From contig OZ251992.1 in the NCBI GenBank assembly GCA_965246885.1, positions 1,088,001 to 1,152,000 on the forward strand: a stretch of 64,000 bases of DNA. Reading direction: 5' to 3'. Below, piece by piece: positions 54,611 to 64,000 of the stretch. The first letter of the stretch is position 1, and each line of letters starts with the position of its first letter. The notes below the pieces were generated by a model. That model ran no database searches, was not told where the DNA came from, and was given only the letters and a program-made list of their open reading frames with translations. This stretch comes from Abditibacterium sp. Its GTDB lineage: Bacteria > Armatimonadota > Abditibacteriia > Abditibacteriales > Abditibacteriaceae. The translations under genes and the position numbers were made by a program.

Positions 54611-55372
54611 TTACGCCCCACCCCCGCCGCCTGCTCCCCCGCCAGTAGCGCCGCCAGCTATAGCGCCGCCACCGCCACCGGAAAGTTGGGCGCTTGGGCC
54701 AGTTGCGAGCAAATACGGGGTCAACGTGAAGGTCGTCTTAGTGCCAAGAGTACTGGTCTCCAACTTCATCCCCGGAGAGGAAACTGTGCCCGTCGTGGTA
54801 AGAATTTCCATTTGGTTGATCCGATTGAAAAAGCGCAGGATGTTGGGCAAGGTGCCTTCAACGGTGACAGAAAGCGTGTCGCCAGCGAGTGGCTTGAGAA
54901 ACCCACTCGGCGGGGCAGCAACATCTTCCGGGTTTTGGGGTGGCGTGTTCACTTTGACGGACGTGTTGATAATGACGCCGCTTTCGTCCGCCGCTTGGAT
55001 GAGTTCGCGGCGCAGTTCGACGCCGTAATCGGTGTAGTATTCGTTCAGATAGCGCCGCCACGTCGCTTCGCGGGCGCCTTTGCTTGAATCCGGCTGCACA
55101 TCAAAGGCCAGCGAGCGAAAGCGGGCGCGGAAAGCGTCCACTTGTTCCTTGGCGAAGTCGCGGTTGTTTTCGGCGATCTTTTGCGCTTGGAGCGAAGAGG
55201 CCAGCTTTTGCGCGGCTGCAGAGTCCGTGCCGTAAGAAGCAGTCTCGGCAGCGATTTTGGTGTTCACGTCGTCTATGAAGCGCAACTTCATCACGAGCGC
55301 AATCAAACCCGCGAGAATGACCGATACAACGCTGATAGCGATGATGGTGCGACGAAGAGCAGTTTCACGCAT
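54611..55372 (-). CDS. PilO-like protein
   Basis: N-terminal TM, coiled coil, LSVTVEGT..NILRFF; operon position. Confidence 0.65.
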   Translation of the reverse strand: MRETALRRTIIAISVVSVILAGLIALVMKLRFIDDVNTKIAAETASYGTDSAAAQKLASSLQAQKIAENNRDFAKEQVDAFRARFRSLAFDVQPDSSKGAREATWRRYLNEYYTDYGVELRRELIQAADESGVIINTSVKVNTPPQNPEDVAAPPSGFLKPLAGDTLSVTVEGTLPNILRFFNRINQMEILTTTGTVSSPGMKLETSTLGTKTTFTLTPYLLATGPSAQLSGGGGGAIAGGATGGGAGGGGGA

Positions 55373-55399
55373 GGAAATAGAAAAGTGTGTCGGCCACTC

Positions 55400-56125
55400 C
55401 TAACGGGTGGGGGGTGCAGCTGCCGCAGGAGGAGCGCCGGGGGTGACGGGTCTGGCGCCTGCACCCGCCGCACCCGCAGAAGCGGCGGGCGCGACGGGGT
55501 CAATGGGCAACACGATGGTATTGAGCAACGCGCCCTGCGCAGTGAGAGTAATCGGGTAGTTGACCAGAACGGGCGGGCTACCGGGATCGGGTTGCGGCAC
55601 AACAAGTGTTTGGGCGCCATTACCAAAACCGCCGACGCCCGACGTGGTCAGGCGCGGATCGCCCGCGAACACAACCCCCGTCGCTTTACGCAGATTCAGC
55701 AGAAACTGCGCGTACTCGTCGGGCGTCGTCACCGTCGCGATGATGGTCACGTTCTTGCCGTCGGAGATGTCTATCGTTTTGACGACCGAGTTTTCGTCTA
55801 TGTATTTGGTAATCAGGTTCAAGAGCGCCGCGCGCTCGCTACCTGTTTTGCACGACGCAAGCATGAAATTATTGGCGGCGTTGTAGCTGGCGGCAGCGTT
55901 TGTGGCGGCAGTAGTGGCATCATCGGCGGATTTAGCTTTGCCAGCGACGAGCTTAATGGCTTCACTGTTGGTTTTAGCCGTTTCCAACTCCAACTGCTTG
56001 GAGTGCAGAAAGAGGAGCAACCCGCCCGTCCACAGCGACAGCCCAACGATGGCGGTGGCAATCGTGTATTTCAAGCGTTTGCGCCATTTTACGTAGCTGG
56101 GCAGCAGGTCAATTTTGATTGCCAT
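55400..56125 (-). CDS. PilN-like protein
   Basis: IKIDLLP (INLLP-like) N-terminal motif followed by a TM segment; directly after pilM. Confidence 0.75.
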   Translation of the reverse strand: MAIKIDLLPSYVKWRKRLKYTIATAIVGLSLWTGGLLLFLHSKQLELETAKTNSEAIKLVAGKAKSADDATTAATNAAASYNAANNFMLASCKTGSERAALLNLITKYIDENSVVKTIDISDGKNVTIIATVTTPDEYAQFLLNLRKATGVVFAGDPRLTTSGVGGFGNGAQTLVVPQPDPGSPPVLVNYPITLTAQGALLNTIVLPIDPVAPAASAGAAGAGARPVTPGAPPAAAAPPTR

Positions 56126-56244
56126 TGTTCAAGAACCACCGGAAGCATCGGGCACCACTGGAGTGGCGCCGTCATCTTCTAATCACCGACGCGGGAAAGC
56201 GCCTTTATTTTAAGTCACCGCGCGGGGCGCAGGCAACCTCTATT

Positions 56245-58731
56245 TTAGTCAACGAAATCGCGGAGCGCCAAACCGAGCGCCACAGTGTAAAGCGGCCCGT
56301 TGGGAATCTCGGATTGCGCTGCGACGGGAAGCAGTTGGAGCGGGTTGAGAACCGCCGTTGGCGCGCCCAAACGCCCCGTTAGGTACACATCGAGGTTTTT
56401 GAGAAGCGCCCCGCCGCCCGTAAGATATATACGCGATAGCGCCGCATCGGGCACGCGCTCCAAGTAGAACGAGAGCGAGCGCGAAATCTCGCTCGCCAAC
56501 TCTTCCAAAGGTTGCGCCAGCGCCTCATACACGGCGGCGGCCTCGGCATCGGCGCCTCCGGCCAACCCTGCGCCGAAGCCGCCGAAATCTTCGCCATCTA
56601 CGCCAAACGCGAAGTCATCCACGCCGCCAACAGCGCCAATGTTGAGTCCCGCATCGGGCGTGGCGCCCAGATTGATGTCGTCAAAACTCACGCCCCCGGC
56701 ATTCACCGGGGGCGCCGCACCCCGGCTCACCTCGGTCGCCCCGAAAATGTCGCCCATGTCGAAGGCCTCGCTTTCGGGCGCGACCAATGGCGCAGTATTG
56801 GCGAGGGGGGCAGTTGTCACCAACGGCGTGCCCCCGTCCGCGAACGAGATGCCAGCAGGGGGCGCCGCGCTCGCCGCCGCCCCGAATGTGCCAAGCGCCG
56901 CCGCTCCCGCTCCCGCCGCCAGCGCTCCGCCAACGGCGGACGTTTCTGGCGCGTTGGCGGGCGTAACGGGCGGGGCAGAGATGGCGGCGCTTGGTTGTGG
57001 GGCGGCGGGAACTGGCGCCGCGACGGTTGGCGTCAGGTCGGAGATGTCGTCGAATGAAAAACCGGCGTTTTGATTTTGGCCCAACGTGCCGCCCGCGAGG
57101 GGCGCGGCGGGCGTCGCAAGCGAAGCGGCGGGGCCGATGGGTGCGCTTCCGGCGTTGCTCGCGCTCGTTTGGGCCGTCGCAGGCAAATCGAAGTCGGAGA
57201 AATCGAACGCCGAGCTAATGGGAGCGGCTGGTGTGGCCGGAGCCGTCGTCGTCGCCGCGCTTGCGGGGGCAATTGGGGCCGCCGGAGACGCCGCGCTCAC
57301 CGTAGGCAGAATCTCTCTTTGCAAATCTTCGCCGCCGAAGTCGAACGGCGCGGCGCTGACCGGCGCAGGCTCTCCCGCAACGGACGCCGATGGAACTCCC
57401 GCAGTGGAAGGCAACGTGTCGGGCGAAGACCCGAAATCAAACGTGAAGGGCGCGGGGGTGGGAGTGGACGTTGGTGGCGCTGGTGTGACGGATGCCGGAG
57501 GTTCGGCGGCGCCGGGAAGCAGGCTCAGGTCGTCTTCATCGAAACTGATGGGAGCGCTTGGAGGAGCGAGTGGGTTGGGCTGATTTTCTTTTTGGGCGTG
57601 CCCGCCGCCGGGTTCGTTCTTCGGGCCTTGGTTGAAGAAGTCGAGGTCGAAGGGGTCGGTGGAAACCGTCGCGGGGGCGTCCAAAACGGTCGTGCGGTTG
57701 GGCGCCGCGCCAGAGGAAGAAGCGGTGTCGGTCAGGCCGAAGTCCTCGAAATCGCCGCCAAAAGTGGGCGTCGCTTCGCCGAACCCGGTTCCGCCCTCGC
57801 CAAAACCGAAATCGTCATCGGTGTGGCCGGTTTGATAGCCTTCGGGCGGCAGGGCGTCACCTTGCTCGATTTTGACGCGCTCGCCTTCGACAAAGGGCAC
57901 GTTGAGGGCGTCGGCAATGCCTTGAGAAATGGAATTTCCGCCCGTTGAGACGGTGCGGGTAAACACTAACACGTCGCCGCGCAAAAGGGAAATTTCCGTT
58001 CCAAGAGCGCCGATGTTGACGATGGCTGTAATCTCGTTGTAGTCCACCATGAGGCCGTTGAAATCTCCCCGCTTTTGCAGCGACAAAGTGCGTCCGGCAG
58101 CCACTGGTTCGACATCCACTGCGCGCGGATCGAGGCGCGCGCTTTGCAAAATCTTGATGTGCGCGTCAATGACTTCGGTTTGCACCGCCGCCAACAGAAC
58201 GTCCATCGTGCCAGAGTCGGGGTCGGCGGGCAGTTCGCGCAAGGCTTTGAAGTCCATTTGCACTTCGGTCGGCGGGAAGGGGATGTAAAGCTGCGCATCG
58301 GCGCGCATAGCGTCGGCCAACTGCGAGTCGCTCATAAACGGCACCTCGATAACGCGCACCACGAGCGCGCCCGTGCCCGCAACCGAGGAAATAACCGCGC
58401 GCCCCTTGAAGCCGCCCGCTTTCCACACGGCTTTGACGGCGCTCGCCAAGCCGCTTGCGGACAGAACGTTGCCATTTTGGAACGCTTCGGGCGGGGTGGC
58501 GACAGTGGCGAGGCGCGTCACGCTCAGTTCGCCGTTTTTGGCGGTGACTTCGACGGCTTTAATCGTGGCGTTACCGATGTTCAGGCCCACGACCGTGCCC
58601 TTGGAAAGCGCACCTTTGGCGGGCCGCGCCTTCTTTTCTTTGACAACGCGCGCCGGTTTTGCCGCCGCGTCGGAGGGCGCATCGGCGACTGGGGCCGCGT
58701 CCGCCTTTTTCTTGGAGCCAAAAAGAGCCAT
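56245..58731 (-). CDS. pilM: Type IV pilus assembly protein PilM with a large disordered insertion
   Basis: VGLNIGNATIKAVE, YIPFP..EV..DF, VLLAA, VDVEP.A, IVNIGA..TE, EISRSL.FY, IYLTGGGA.L, NPL, ALGLALR. Confidence 0.9.
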   Translation of the reverse strand: MALFGSKKKADAAPVADAPSDAAAKPARVVKEKKARPAKGALSKGTVVGLNIGNATIKAVEVTAKNGELSVTRLATVATPPEAFQNGNVLSASGLASAVKAVWKAGGFKGRAVISSVAGTGALVVRVIEVPFMSDSQLADAMRADAQLYIPFPPTEVQMDFKALRELPADPDSGTMDVLLAAVQTEVIDAHIKILQSARLDPRAVDVEPVAAGRTLSLQKRGDFNGLMVDYNEITAIVNIGALGTEISLLRGDVLVFTRTVSTGGNSISQGIADALNVPFVEGERVKIEQGDALPPEGYQTGHTDDDFGFGEGGTGFGEATPTFGGDFEDFGLTDTASSSGAAPNRTTVLDAPATVSTDPFDLDFFNQGPKNEPGGGHAQKENQPNPLAPPSAPISFDEDDLSLLPGAAEPPASVTPAPPTSTPTPAPFTFDFGSSPDTLPSTAGVPSASVAGEPAPVSAAPFDFGGEDLQREILPTVSAASPAAPIAPASAATTTAPATPAAPISSAFDFSDFDLPATAQTSASNAGSAPIGPAASLATPAAPLAGGTLGQNQNAGFSFDDISDLTPTVAAPVPAAPQPSAAISAPPVTPANAPETSAVGGALAAGAGAAALGTFGAAASAAPPAGISFADGGTPLVTTAPLANTAPLVAPESEAFDMGDIFGATEVSRGAAPPVNAGGVSFDDINLGATPDAGLNIGAVGGVDDFAFGVDGEDFGGFGAGLAGGADAEAAAVYEALAQPLEELASEISRSLSFYLERVPDAALSRIYLTGGGALLKNLDVYLTGRLGAPTAVLNPLQLLPVAAQSEIPNGPLYTVALGLALRDFVD

Positions 58732-58851
58732 AAAACGGAAACCGCGCGCTTCGGGAGCAAACCAGAAACGGGTGCGGAAAAACCTTATTTCTAATTATAG
58801 CAACGCGGCGCCGCCATCAAAGGGGGCGCCGCTACACTTGCGCGCCGTCCC

Positions 58852-59757
58852 ATGAATCAAACGCTTCGAGATGGCCTCCGAACCCGCCACGTGCGCCTTG
58901 GCCTGCCCAAAGGCTCCCTCCAAGAGGCCACGCTGCGCATGATGCGCCGCGCGGGGTGGAACATCTCGGTTTCCGAGCGCTCCTACTTCCCGTCCGTCAA
59001 CGACGACGACCTCGAAATCGTCCTCCTGCGCGCGCAAGAAATCCCGCGCTACGTCGCCGAGGGCGTCCTCGACGCGGGCATCACCGGCTACGACAACGTC
59101 CTCGAAAACGAAGTGGACGTGCACGAAGTCTGCGAACTCATCTACTCCAAAGCCACCAGCAAGCCGTATCGCTGGGTGTTGGCCGTCCCGCGCGGCTCCG
59201 AAATTAAGTCCGTCAAAGACCTCGAAGGTAAGCGCATCGCCACCGAACTCGTCACCGTCACGCGCCGCTACCTCGAAGCGCACGGCGTCCATGCCGAGGT
59301 CGAGTTCTCGTGGGGCGCGACCGAAGTCAAAGTCCCCGCCCTCGTGGACGCCATCGTCGAAGGCACGGAAACCGGCACCACGCTCCGCGCGCACGGCCTC
59401 GAAATCATAGACGAACTCCTTGCTTCCACCACGCGCCTCATCGCCAATCACGCCTCGTGGGGCGACGAGTGGAAGCGCGCCAAGTTGGACGGCATGGCCA
59501 CCCTGCTTCAAGGTGCCATGCGCGCCGATGGGAAAGTCGGCCTCAAAATGAACGCCCCGCGCGCCACTTTGGGCGAGATTCTCTCGCTCCTGCCTTCCAT
59601 GCGTGCCCCCACTGTCACGCCCCTCGCTGACGACGCCGAGTGGGTCGCCCTCGAAGTCGTCGCCGACGAAATCCACGTGCGCGACCTCATCCCGCACCTG
59701 ATGAGTCACGGCGCCGCCGCCATCATCGAATACCCCCTCAACAAGGTCATCCCCTGA
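58852..59757 (+). CDS. hisG: ATP phosphoribosyltransferase (long form)
   Basis: [51 protein letters not shown]. Confidence 0.95.
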   Translation: MNQTLRDGLRTRHVRLGLPKGSLQEATLRMMRRAGWNISVSERSYFPSVNDDDLEIVLLRAQEIPRYVAEGVLDAGITGYDNVLENEVDVHEVCELIYSKATSKPYRWVLAVPRGSEIKSVKDLEGKRIATELVTVTRRYLEAHGVHAEVEFSWGATEVKVPALVDAIVEGTETGTTLRAHGLEIIDELLASTTRLIANHASWGDEWKRAKLDGMATLLQGAMRADGKVGLKMNAPRATLGEILSLLPSMRAPTVTPLADDAEWVALEVVADEIHVRDLIPHLMSHGAAAIIEYPLNKVIP

Positions 59758-59797
59758 GGAAGCAAGAACCGCGAAGCCATCTGCTACGCCCGGAGCG

Positions 59798-60250
59798 TCA
59801 AGAATCCCACTCGTGTGAGCGGCATAGCAAGTGCCCCTGCGGGCATTTGAGCAGACGCCCGCCTTCTGCCGCCAAGTCTGCGCCGACCGACCACTGCTCG
59901 CTCGTGCAGTCTGAGAAGTTCCAGCGCGCCTCGCACCCCGGGCAGAACACGCCACCCCATGAGCCGTCGAAGACCAACCCATCTACCAGCCACCAGATGC
60001 GGTCGCTGTCACTCGTCTCCCAAGGCGTCAACTCTTCGGGCAACGTTTGCAGTTCGTCCGCGAGCGTGTGCATCTTCTGCCAGAGCGCGCGTTGCGCTCG
60101 ATTATGCACTGCGGGATGGTCATCATACCACCGAATATGGAGTTGCACCCGCGCCTGAAGAGCTTCGACGTGAAAATCGAAAACGCCCAACGGCACGACG
60201 CTGACCCAACTCGGCGGGAACTTCCACACCTGATAGCGGATGAGCTTCAC
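59798..60250 (-). CDS. Hypothetical protein with C-terminal Zn-binding motif
   Basis: CPGC...GGRLLKCPQGH. Confidence 0.55.
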   Translation of the reverse strand: MKLIRYQVWKFPPSWVSVVPLGVFDFHVEALQARVQLHIRWYDDHPAVHNRAQRALWQKMHTLADELQTLPEELTPWETSDSDRIWWLVDGLVFDGSWGGVFCPGCEARWNFSDCTSEQWSVGADLAAEGGRLLKCPQGHLLCRSHEWDS

Positions 60251-60275
60251 GCATTAGAGGTTACAATTCCCTCTT

Positions 60276-61067
60276 GTGAAATTTGGCATTTGCACCGCTC
60301 CCGGCGCGCTCGGCGACCCGGCCCGCTTACTGGACGCCCTCGCCGAAGCGGGCGCCGATTACGTCGAGTGGACGGTCGGCAGCATTATGGCGAGCGAGGG
60401 CGAGTTCGAGCGGCTACGCTCCCTCGCCGAGTCTGCGCCCATCAAGCCCGAAGCGTTTTGCGTCTTCTTGCCGCCGCACCATCGCATCACCGGGCCAAGC
60501 GTCAACCTCGGCGCCGTCCTTGACTACGCGGGCGAAGCGCTGCGGCGCATCGGCATCATCGGCGGGGAAATTGTCGTCTTAGGTTCGGGCGCGGCGCGCA
60601 AAGTTCCCCTTGGCTTTCCGATGGACGAAGCGCAGCGCCAGTTCGTCGCCTTTGCGCGCGAACTCGCCCCCATCGCCCACGCGAACGGCGTCACCGTCGC
60701 GGTCGAGCCGCTCAACGCGGGTGAAGACAACCTCATCACTTCTGTCGCGGACGGCGCCGCGCTCGTGCGCGAGGTGAACCAGCCCGCCATCCGCCTGCTC
60801 GCCGATTTCTACCACATGAACGAGGAAGGCGAGGGCGTGCAAGCCATCCTTGATGCGGGCGAACTGCTTGTCCACACCCACGTCGCCGACACGAATCGCG
60901 TCGCGCCCGGCTTGACCAAGGAGAATGGCGCCGACTTCGGCGCGTTCTTTGGCGCCTTACGAAGCGTTGGCTACGATGCGCGTTGCTCGTTCGAGGGCAA
61001 AAGCGACGACCTCGCCCACCAAGCCAAACCGCTCTTGGCGTACCTACGCCGCGCCGCTTCTGGGTAA
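60276..61067 (+). CDS. Sugar phosphate isomerase/epimerase
   Basis: VLGSGAAR, VEPLN..E, LADFYHM, HTHVAD..R..PG, SFE. Confidence 0.88.
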   Translation: MKFGICTAPGALGDPARLLDALAEAGADYVEWTVGSIMASEGEFERLRSLAESAPIKPEAFCVFLPPHHRITGPSVNLGAVLDYAGEALRRIGIIGGEIVVLGSGAARKVPLGFPMDEAQRQFVAFARELAPIAHANGVTVAVEPLNAGEDNLITSVADGAALVREVNQPAIRLLADFYHMNEEGEGVQAILDAGELLVHTHVADTNRVAPGLTKENGADFGAFFGALRSVGYDARCSFEGKSDDLAHQAKPLLAYLRRAASG

Positions 61068-61120
61068 AAGGGGATTCCCTGAGTGAGTGCGGAACGGGCT
61101 TTGCATGAGAGGGCGGCCCT

Positions 61121-61648
61121 ATGGGTTATTTCAAAGGTTTACTCACGGGCGCCGTCGTTGGCGCCGTTGGAGCGTTGCTCCTTACTCCCAAGCGCGGCGA
61201 TGAATGGCGCGCCACGCTTAAAGACCGCACCGACAAAGTCAAAGATCGCGCCACCAACATCGGCTCTGCCGTGACCGACGCTGCCACCGACGTTAAAGCG
61301 CAAGGCGCCGACCTCATCGGAGCCGTCGCTGGCACTGTCGCCGAGAAGGGCGCCAAAATCGGCGAAAGCGTCGGCAAAGTCGCCGACGTGGTGAAGACCG
61401 AAGTCGCGGGCGCGACCGAAGACGCCAAGTCCGACGCCGCCAAAGCGGGCGATGTTGCCCAAACCGCCGCCGCGCAGGTCTCCGACGCCGCCAACTCCGC
61501 CAAAGATGCAGCCACTACTGCCGCCGCCAGCGCCAAGGAAACGGCGAAGAACGCCGCCGCCACCGTCCAAGAAAAAGCCGACGAAGTCAAGCTCCAAGCC
61601 CACCTCGCCGCAATGGAAGTCCAGCACAAATCCTCCGAGCAGGTCTAA
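61121..61648 (+). CDS. YtxH-domain/LEA-like general stress protein
   Basis: GLLTGAVVGAVGALLLTPKRGDE.R then Ala/Lys/Asp-rich repeats. Confidence 0.8.
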   Translation: MGYFKGLLTGAVVGAVGALLLTPKRGDEWRATLKDRTDKVKDRATNIGSAVTDAATDVKAQGADLIGAVAGTVAEKGAKIGESVGKVADVVKTEVAGATEDAKSDAAKAGDVAQTAAAQVSDAANSAKDAATTAAASAKETAKNAAATVQEKADEVKLQAHLAAMEVQHKSSEQV

Positions 61649-61663
61649 TCCGCCAAAGGAAAG

Positions 61664-61693
61664 AGCGCCCGCCAGAGTTCTGGCGGGCGCTTT
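61664..61693. terminator. Hairpin between convergent genes
   Basis: AGCGCCCGCCAGA-GT-TCTGGCGGGCGCT. Confidence 0.65.
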
Positions 61694-61698
61694 GTGTT

Positions 61699-62082
61699 TC
61701 AAGAGCTTGGCTCTCGCTTTTCTCCCTCGAACCGCCCTCCGTAAAACGCCGCGACAACTTCGATTGGGCCGACGATGTGCGCGTTGAACTCCGCCATGTC
61801 TTCGGCGGGCACCCACAGTTCGTCGTGCCGCCCGCGCGTGCCGACGGTTTGGACGGGGAAGCGGGCGGCGTAGTCGTCGCTTATCTCGAAGCGCGTCACA
61901 AACCCGGCGAAGCCCGAAACGGGGTCTTTGGTGTTCCAGTCGCGCGCGATTTGCGCGGCGTAGTCGAAGTTCAGCACGGGGTAGAAAATCGGTTGTATCT
62001 CCAAGCGCGGCGGAAACGCGCGCATCCGCGCCTCCTCAATGAGGCGCAATTCGGCTACGCCAACGGGCCGGAATAAAGTCAT
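61699..62082 (-). CDS. Conserved hypothetical protein (often labelled ADP-ribosylation/crystallin J1-like)
   Basis: LFRPVG..EL.LI......FPPRL..QPIFYPVLN..YA.QIARDWN...GFVTRF...H.ELWVPAE...FN.HIVG.I. Confidence 0.75.
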   Translation of the reverse strand: MTLFRPVGVAELRLIEEARMRAFPPRLEIQPIFYPVLNFDYAAQIARDWNTKDPVSGFAGFVTRFEISDDYAARFPVQTVGTRGRHDELWVPAEDMAEFNAHIVGPIEVVAAFYGGRFEGEKREPSS

Positions 62083-62086
62083 GGGC

Positions 62087-63607
62087 TTAGTTTCCCTCGA
62101 CGGTGAGTAACTGCGACGGCGAGCGGAGGACGATCTCGCCACGCCCTTCGTGCGGCATGATGGTACCCGACACGTAGACCTTGCGTCCGATGAGGTTTTG
62201 CAGATTCGGGAAGCGCGACAGCGCTGACGGGAAGAGGATGGCGCGGTCGGCGGTGGCGCGGTCGGCGGCGAAGTCGAGCGAGAGTTTGGCGCCGCCCATC
62301 GTTTCGCGCACGTCCGAGACGGTGCCCACAAAAGCGCCCGGTTTCATCCACAGCTTCTTGGCGCCCTTCAAATCGGTGGCGACGAGCGCGGTTTGGAGGC
62401 GCGGGTCGCCCGTTTTGATGGTGCCAAACTGCGCGGAGGAAGCGACGGCGGCTTGCTTGACGCGCAAATTGGCCACGCCCGGAAACCAACCGCGATACGC
62501 GCCGACCGTGCCGAGCAGAAGCGCCCACGCGCCCAACGCCGCGCCGATGAGCAAACCGGACGCGAGTTTGGAACGCGCCGCAGGGCGCCTGACCTTGGCT
62601 CCTCGGCGCCGCGCGAGAAGCGCCGCAACCCCGGCGACCAGAGCGCTTACAAGGATGAAACCGCCCAGCGCCAAGCCGTCCGCCGCGAGCCGCCCTTGCC
62701 ACTCCCGGCGCGCTTGAAGGTGCGTTTGCTGCGAGGCGCGGTCGCGCGACTCTTGCAAAAGCGCCGCTTTGTCGAGCGGGAGGGGTACGCCCATCGGGTA
62801 GTAGACCGGTTGGCTTTGACCCGCGCGATAATCAAGGAGCGGGACGTTCGGGTAAAGCGACCCCGGCGCCGCACGAAGCGAGGGCACCCACATCGAAGCG
62901 GGCAGGGGGCCAAACTTCGCGGATGTGATGACATACGAATCGCTGAGCGCCCCGCGCGCGTCGGGGTAATGGTAAGTCGAGGAAGCGGCAATCGCCCCGC
63001 CCGCAAGGGCGCCCGACGTTTGCCAGAACGCGCGCGGCTGGCCGTTTGGCTCGAACACCTGAATCGTGCGCGCCAGAAATTGGGCGCGCGGATCAACGCT
63101 CGCCACGACGCGCCGCCCATCACTACGCATTCCGACGACGCGCAAATTGCCGCCCGCTTCGGGCGCAATCGAGAGCGGGCTGAGCCGCGACAAGCCGCGT
63201 CCCATGAGGTAGCACGGCTCTGGCACGAGGCCGAGGATGTCTTCTTGCCCCTTCAGGCCGGGGATGATCGGCGGTTGCAACCCCAGCGTCACCATACGCA
63301 CGCCCAACCTCACGTTGCGTAGCGAGACTATCCAGTAATCCTGCCCGTCGAACGAGCGCGTCGTCGGCCCCATGACGCGAGAGGTTTGCGTGTCGGCGAA
63401 GCAGCCACCGGGCGCGTAGGCATACGTTTCCGTCATTCCCGAAACTCCCTGCCGCCCGTTCGTGCGCGCCACGTTCAACCGTCCGCTTTCGATGGCTTTG
63501 TCGGCGGCAACCAGCGCCCGCCACGCCGGGTCACGCTCCACTTGCGCCCGCGCCGGAACGACCGCCGCGAGCGCGCAAAGAATGCATAAAAGAAAGTTGC
63601 GTCGCAT
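62087..63607 (-). CDS. Secreted/membrane protein with a possible C-terminal OB-fold
   Basis: Signal peptide, two internal TM segments, GTVSDV...LDF....LIGRKVYVSGTI..HEG..EIVL.SPSQ. Confidence 0.65.
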   Translation of the reverse strand: MRRNFLLCILCALAAVVPARAQVERDPAWRALVAADKAIESGRLNVARTNGRQGVSGMTETYAYAPGGCFADTQTSRVMGPTTRSFDGQDYWIVSLRNVRLGVRMVTLGLQPPIIPGLKGQEDILGLVPEPCYLMGRGLSRLSPLSIAPEAGGNLRVVGMRSDGRRVVASVDPRAQFLARTIQVFEPNGQPRAFWQTSGALAGGAIAASSTYHYPDARGALSDSYVITSAKFGPLPASMWVPSLRAAPGSLYPNVPLLDYRAGQSQPVYYPMGVPLPLDKAALLQESRDRASQQTHLQARREWQGRLAADGLALGGFILVSALVAGVAALLARRRGAKVRRPAARSKLASGLLIGAALGAWALLLGTVGAYRGWFPGVANLRVKQAAVASSAQFGTIKTGDPRLQTALVATDLKGAKKLWMKPGAFVGTVSDVRETMGGAKLSLDFAADRATADRAILFPSALSRFPNLQNLIGRKVYVSGTIMPHEGRGEIVLRSPSQLLTVEGN

Positions 63608-63669
63608 GGCGGCAGTGAATCACAACCGGCGGGGGTCTATGTTAAGAGCGTTTTAATCGCCGAGAAGCA

Positions 63670-64000
63670 TCACACCACCACATTCACCATCCGCCCCGGC
63701 ACGACGACGACCTTCTTGGGGGCGCGGCCTTCCAAGAAGGGCAGGACTTCCTCGCTCGACAGGGCGAGTTGTTCCAATTCGGCGGGCAAAATGTCGGCGG
63801 GGACGGACAGACGCGCGCGCAGTTTGCCGTTGACTTGGACGGGAATGGTGATTTCTTCCTCGCGCGCGACTTCCGCGTCGAATTGCGGCCAAGGCATCTC
63901 GTAGAACGAGCGCGAGAAGCCGAGTTGCTCGCCCAATTCGTCGGCCAAGTGGGGGGCAAACGGACTGAGGACGAGCAAGAGGGATTCGATGGCTTCCGAA
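63670..64000 (-). CDS. leuS: Leucyl-tRNA ligase, C-terminal end (partial)
   Basis: LSPFAPHLADEL...WP...IPVQVNGKLR...KKVVVVPGRMVNVVV. Confidence 0.92.
   Translation of the reverse strand, partial: SEAIESLLLVLSPFAPHLADELGEQLGFSRSFYEMPWPQFDAEVAREEEITIPVQVNGKLRARLSVPADILPAELEQLALSSEEVLPFLEGRAPKKVVVVPGRMVNVVV

Noticed and set aside
1..64000. Prophage, IS element, tRNA or rRNA
   Set aside because: No integrase, transposase, phage structural gene, tRNA cloverleaf with T/D-loop consensus or rRNA-like sequence recognised

Overview
GC-rich bacterial chromosomal segment. Gene content and style suggest a free-living lineage such as Armatimonadota/Abditibacteriota, which is an inference only. Housekeeping backbone: ftsK (partial), an ABC-F ATPase, pnuC with a NadR-like kinase, an RsmB-like methyltransferase, a divergent folD, clpC, scpAB, uvrC, azoR, type IB topoisomerase, ndh, mscL, pyrG, HIT, an MtaD-like deaminase, bioB, tatA/B, moeA, a pilMNOP-secretin type IV pilus-like operon, hisG and the 3' end of leuS. 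Small accessory inserts sit between these genes. The most notable region surrounds clpC (about 15.75-23.85 kb). It holds (1) a lower-GC gene fusing an intact AcpP-like acyl carrier protein (GADSLD motif) to an HNH restriction-like nuclease, with a partner gene, a candidate integrated-decoy anti-phage system; (2) a repeated two-gene coiled-coil microprotein module (KAEIDRL + MLERL..WDAG), both copies next to nuclease genes; and (3) further orphan nuclease or phage-like genes. Elsewhere, a 1.8-kb segment is bounded by a 40-bp direct repeat, and its gene is interrupted by an exact 30-bp repeat / 33-bp spacer / 30-bp repeat, the geometry of a CRISPR spacer integration. There are also three sequence-unrelated intergenic arrays sharing a 21-bp period with inverted units, and two families of palindromic REP/MITE-like elements. 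No rRNA, tRNA, cas gene, integrase or transposase was recognised. All family calls come from motif recognition by eye, not database searches.
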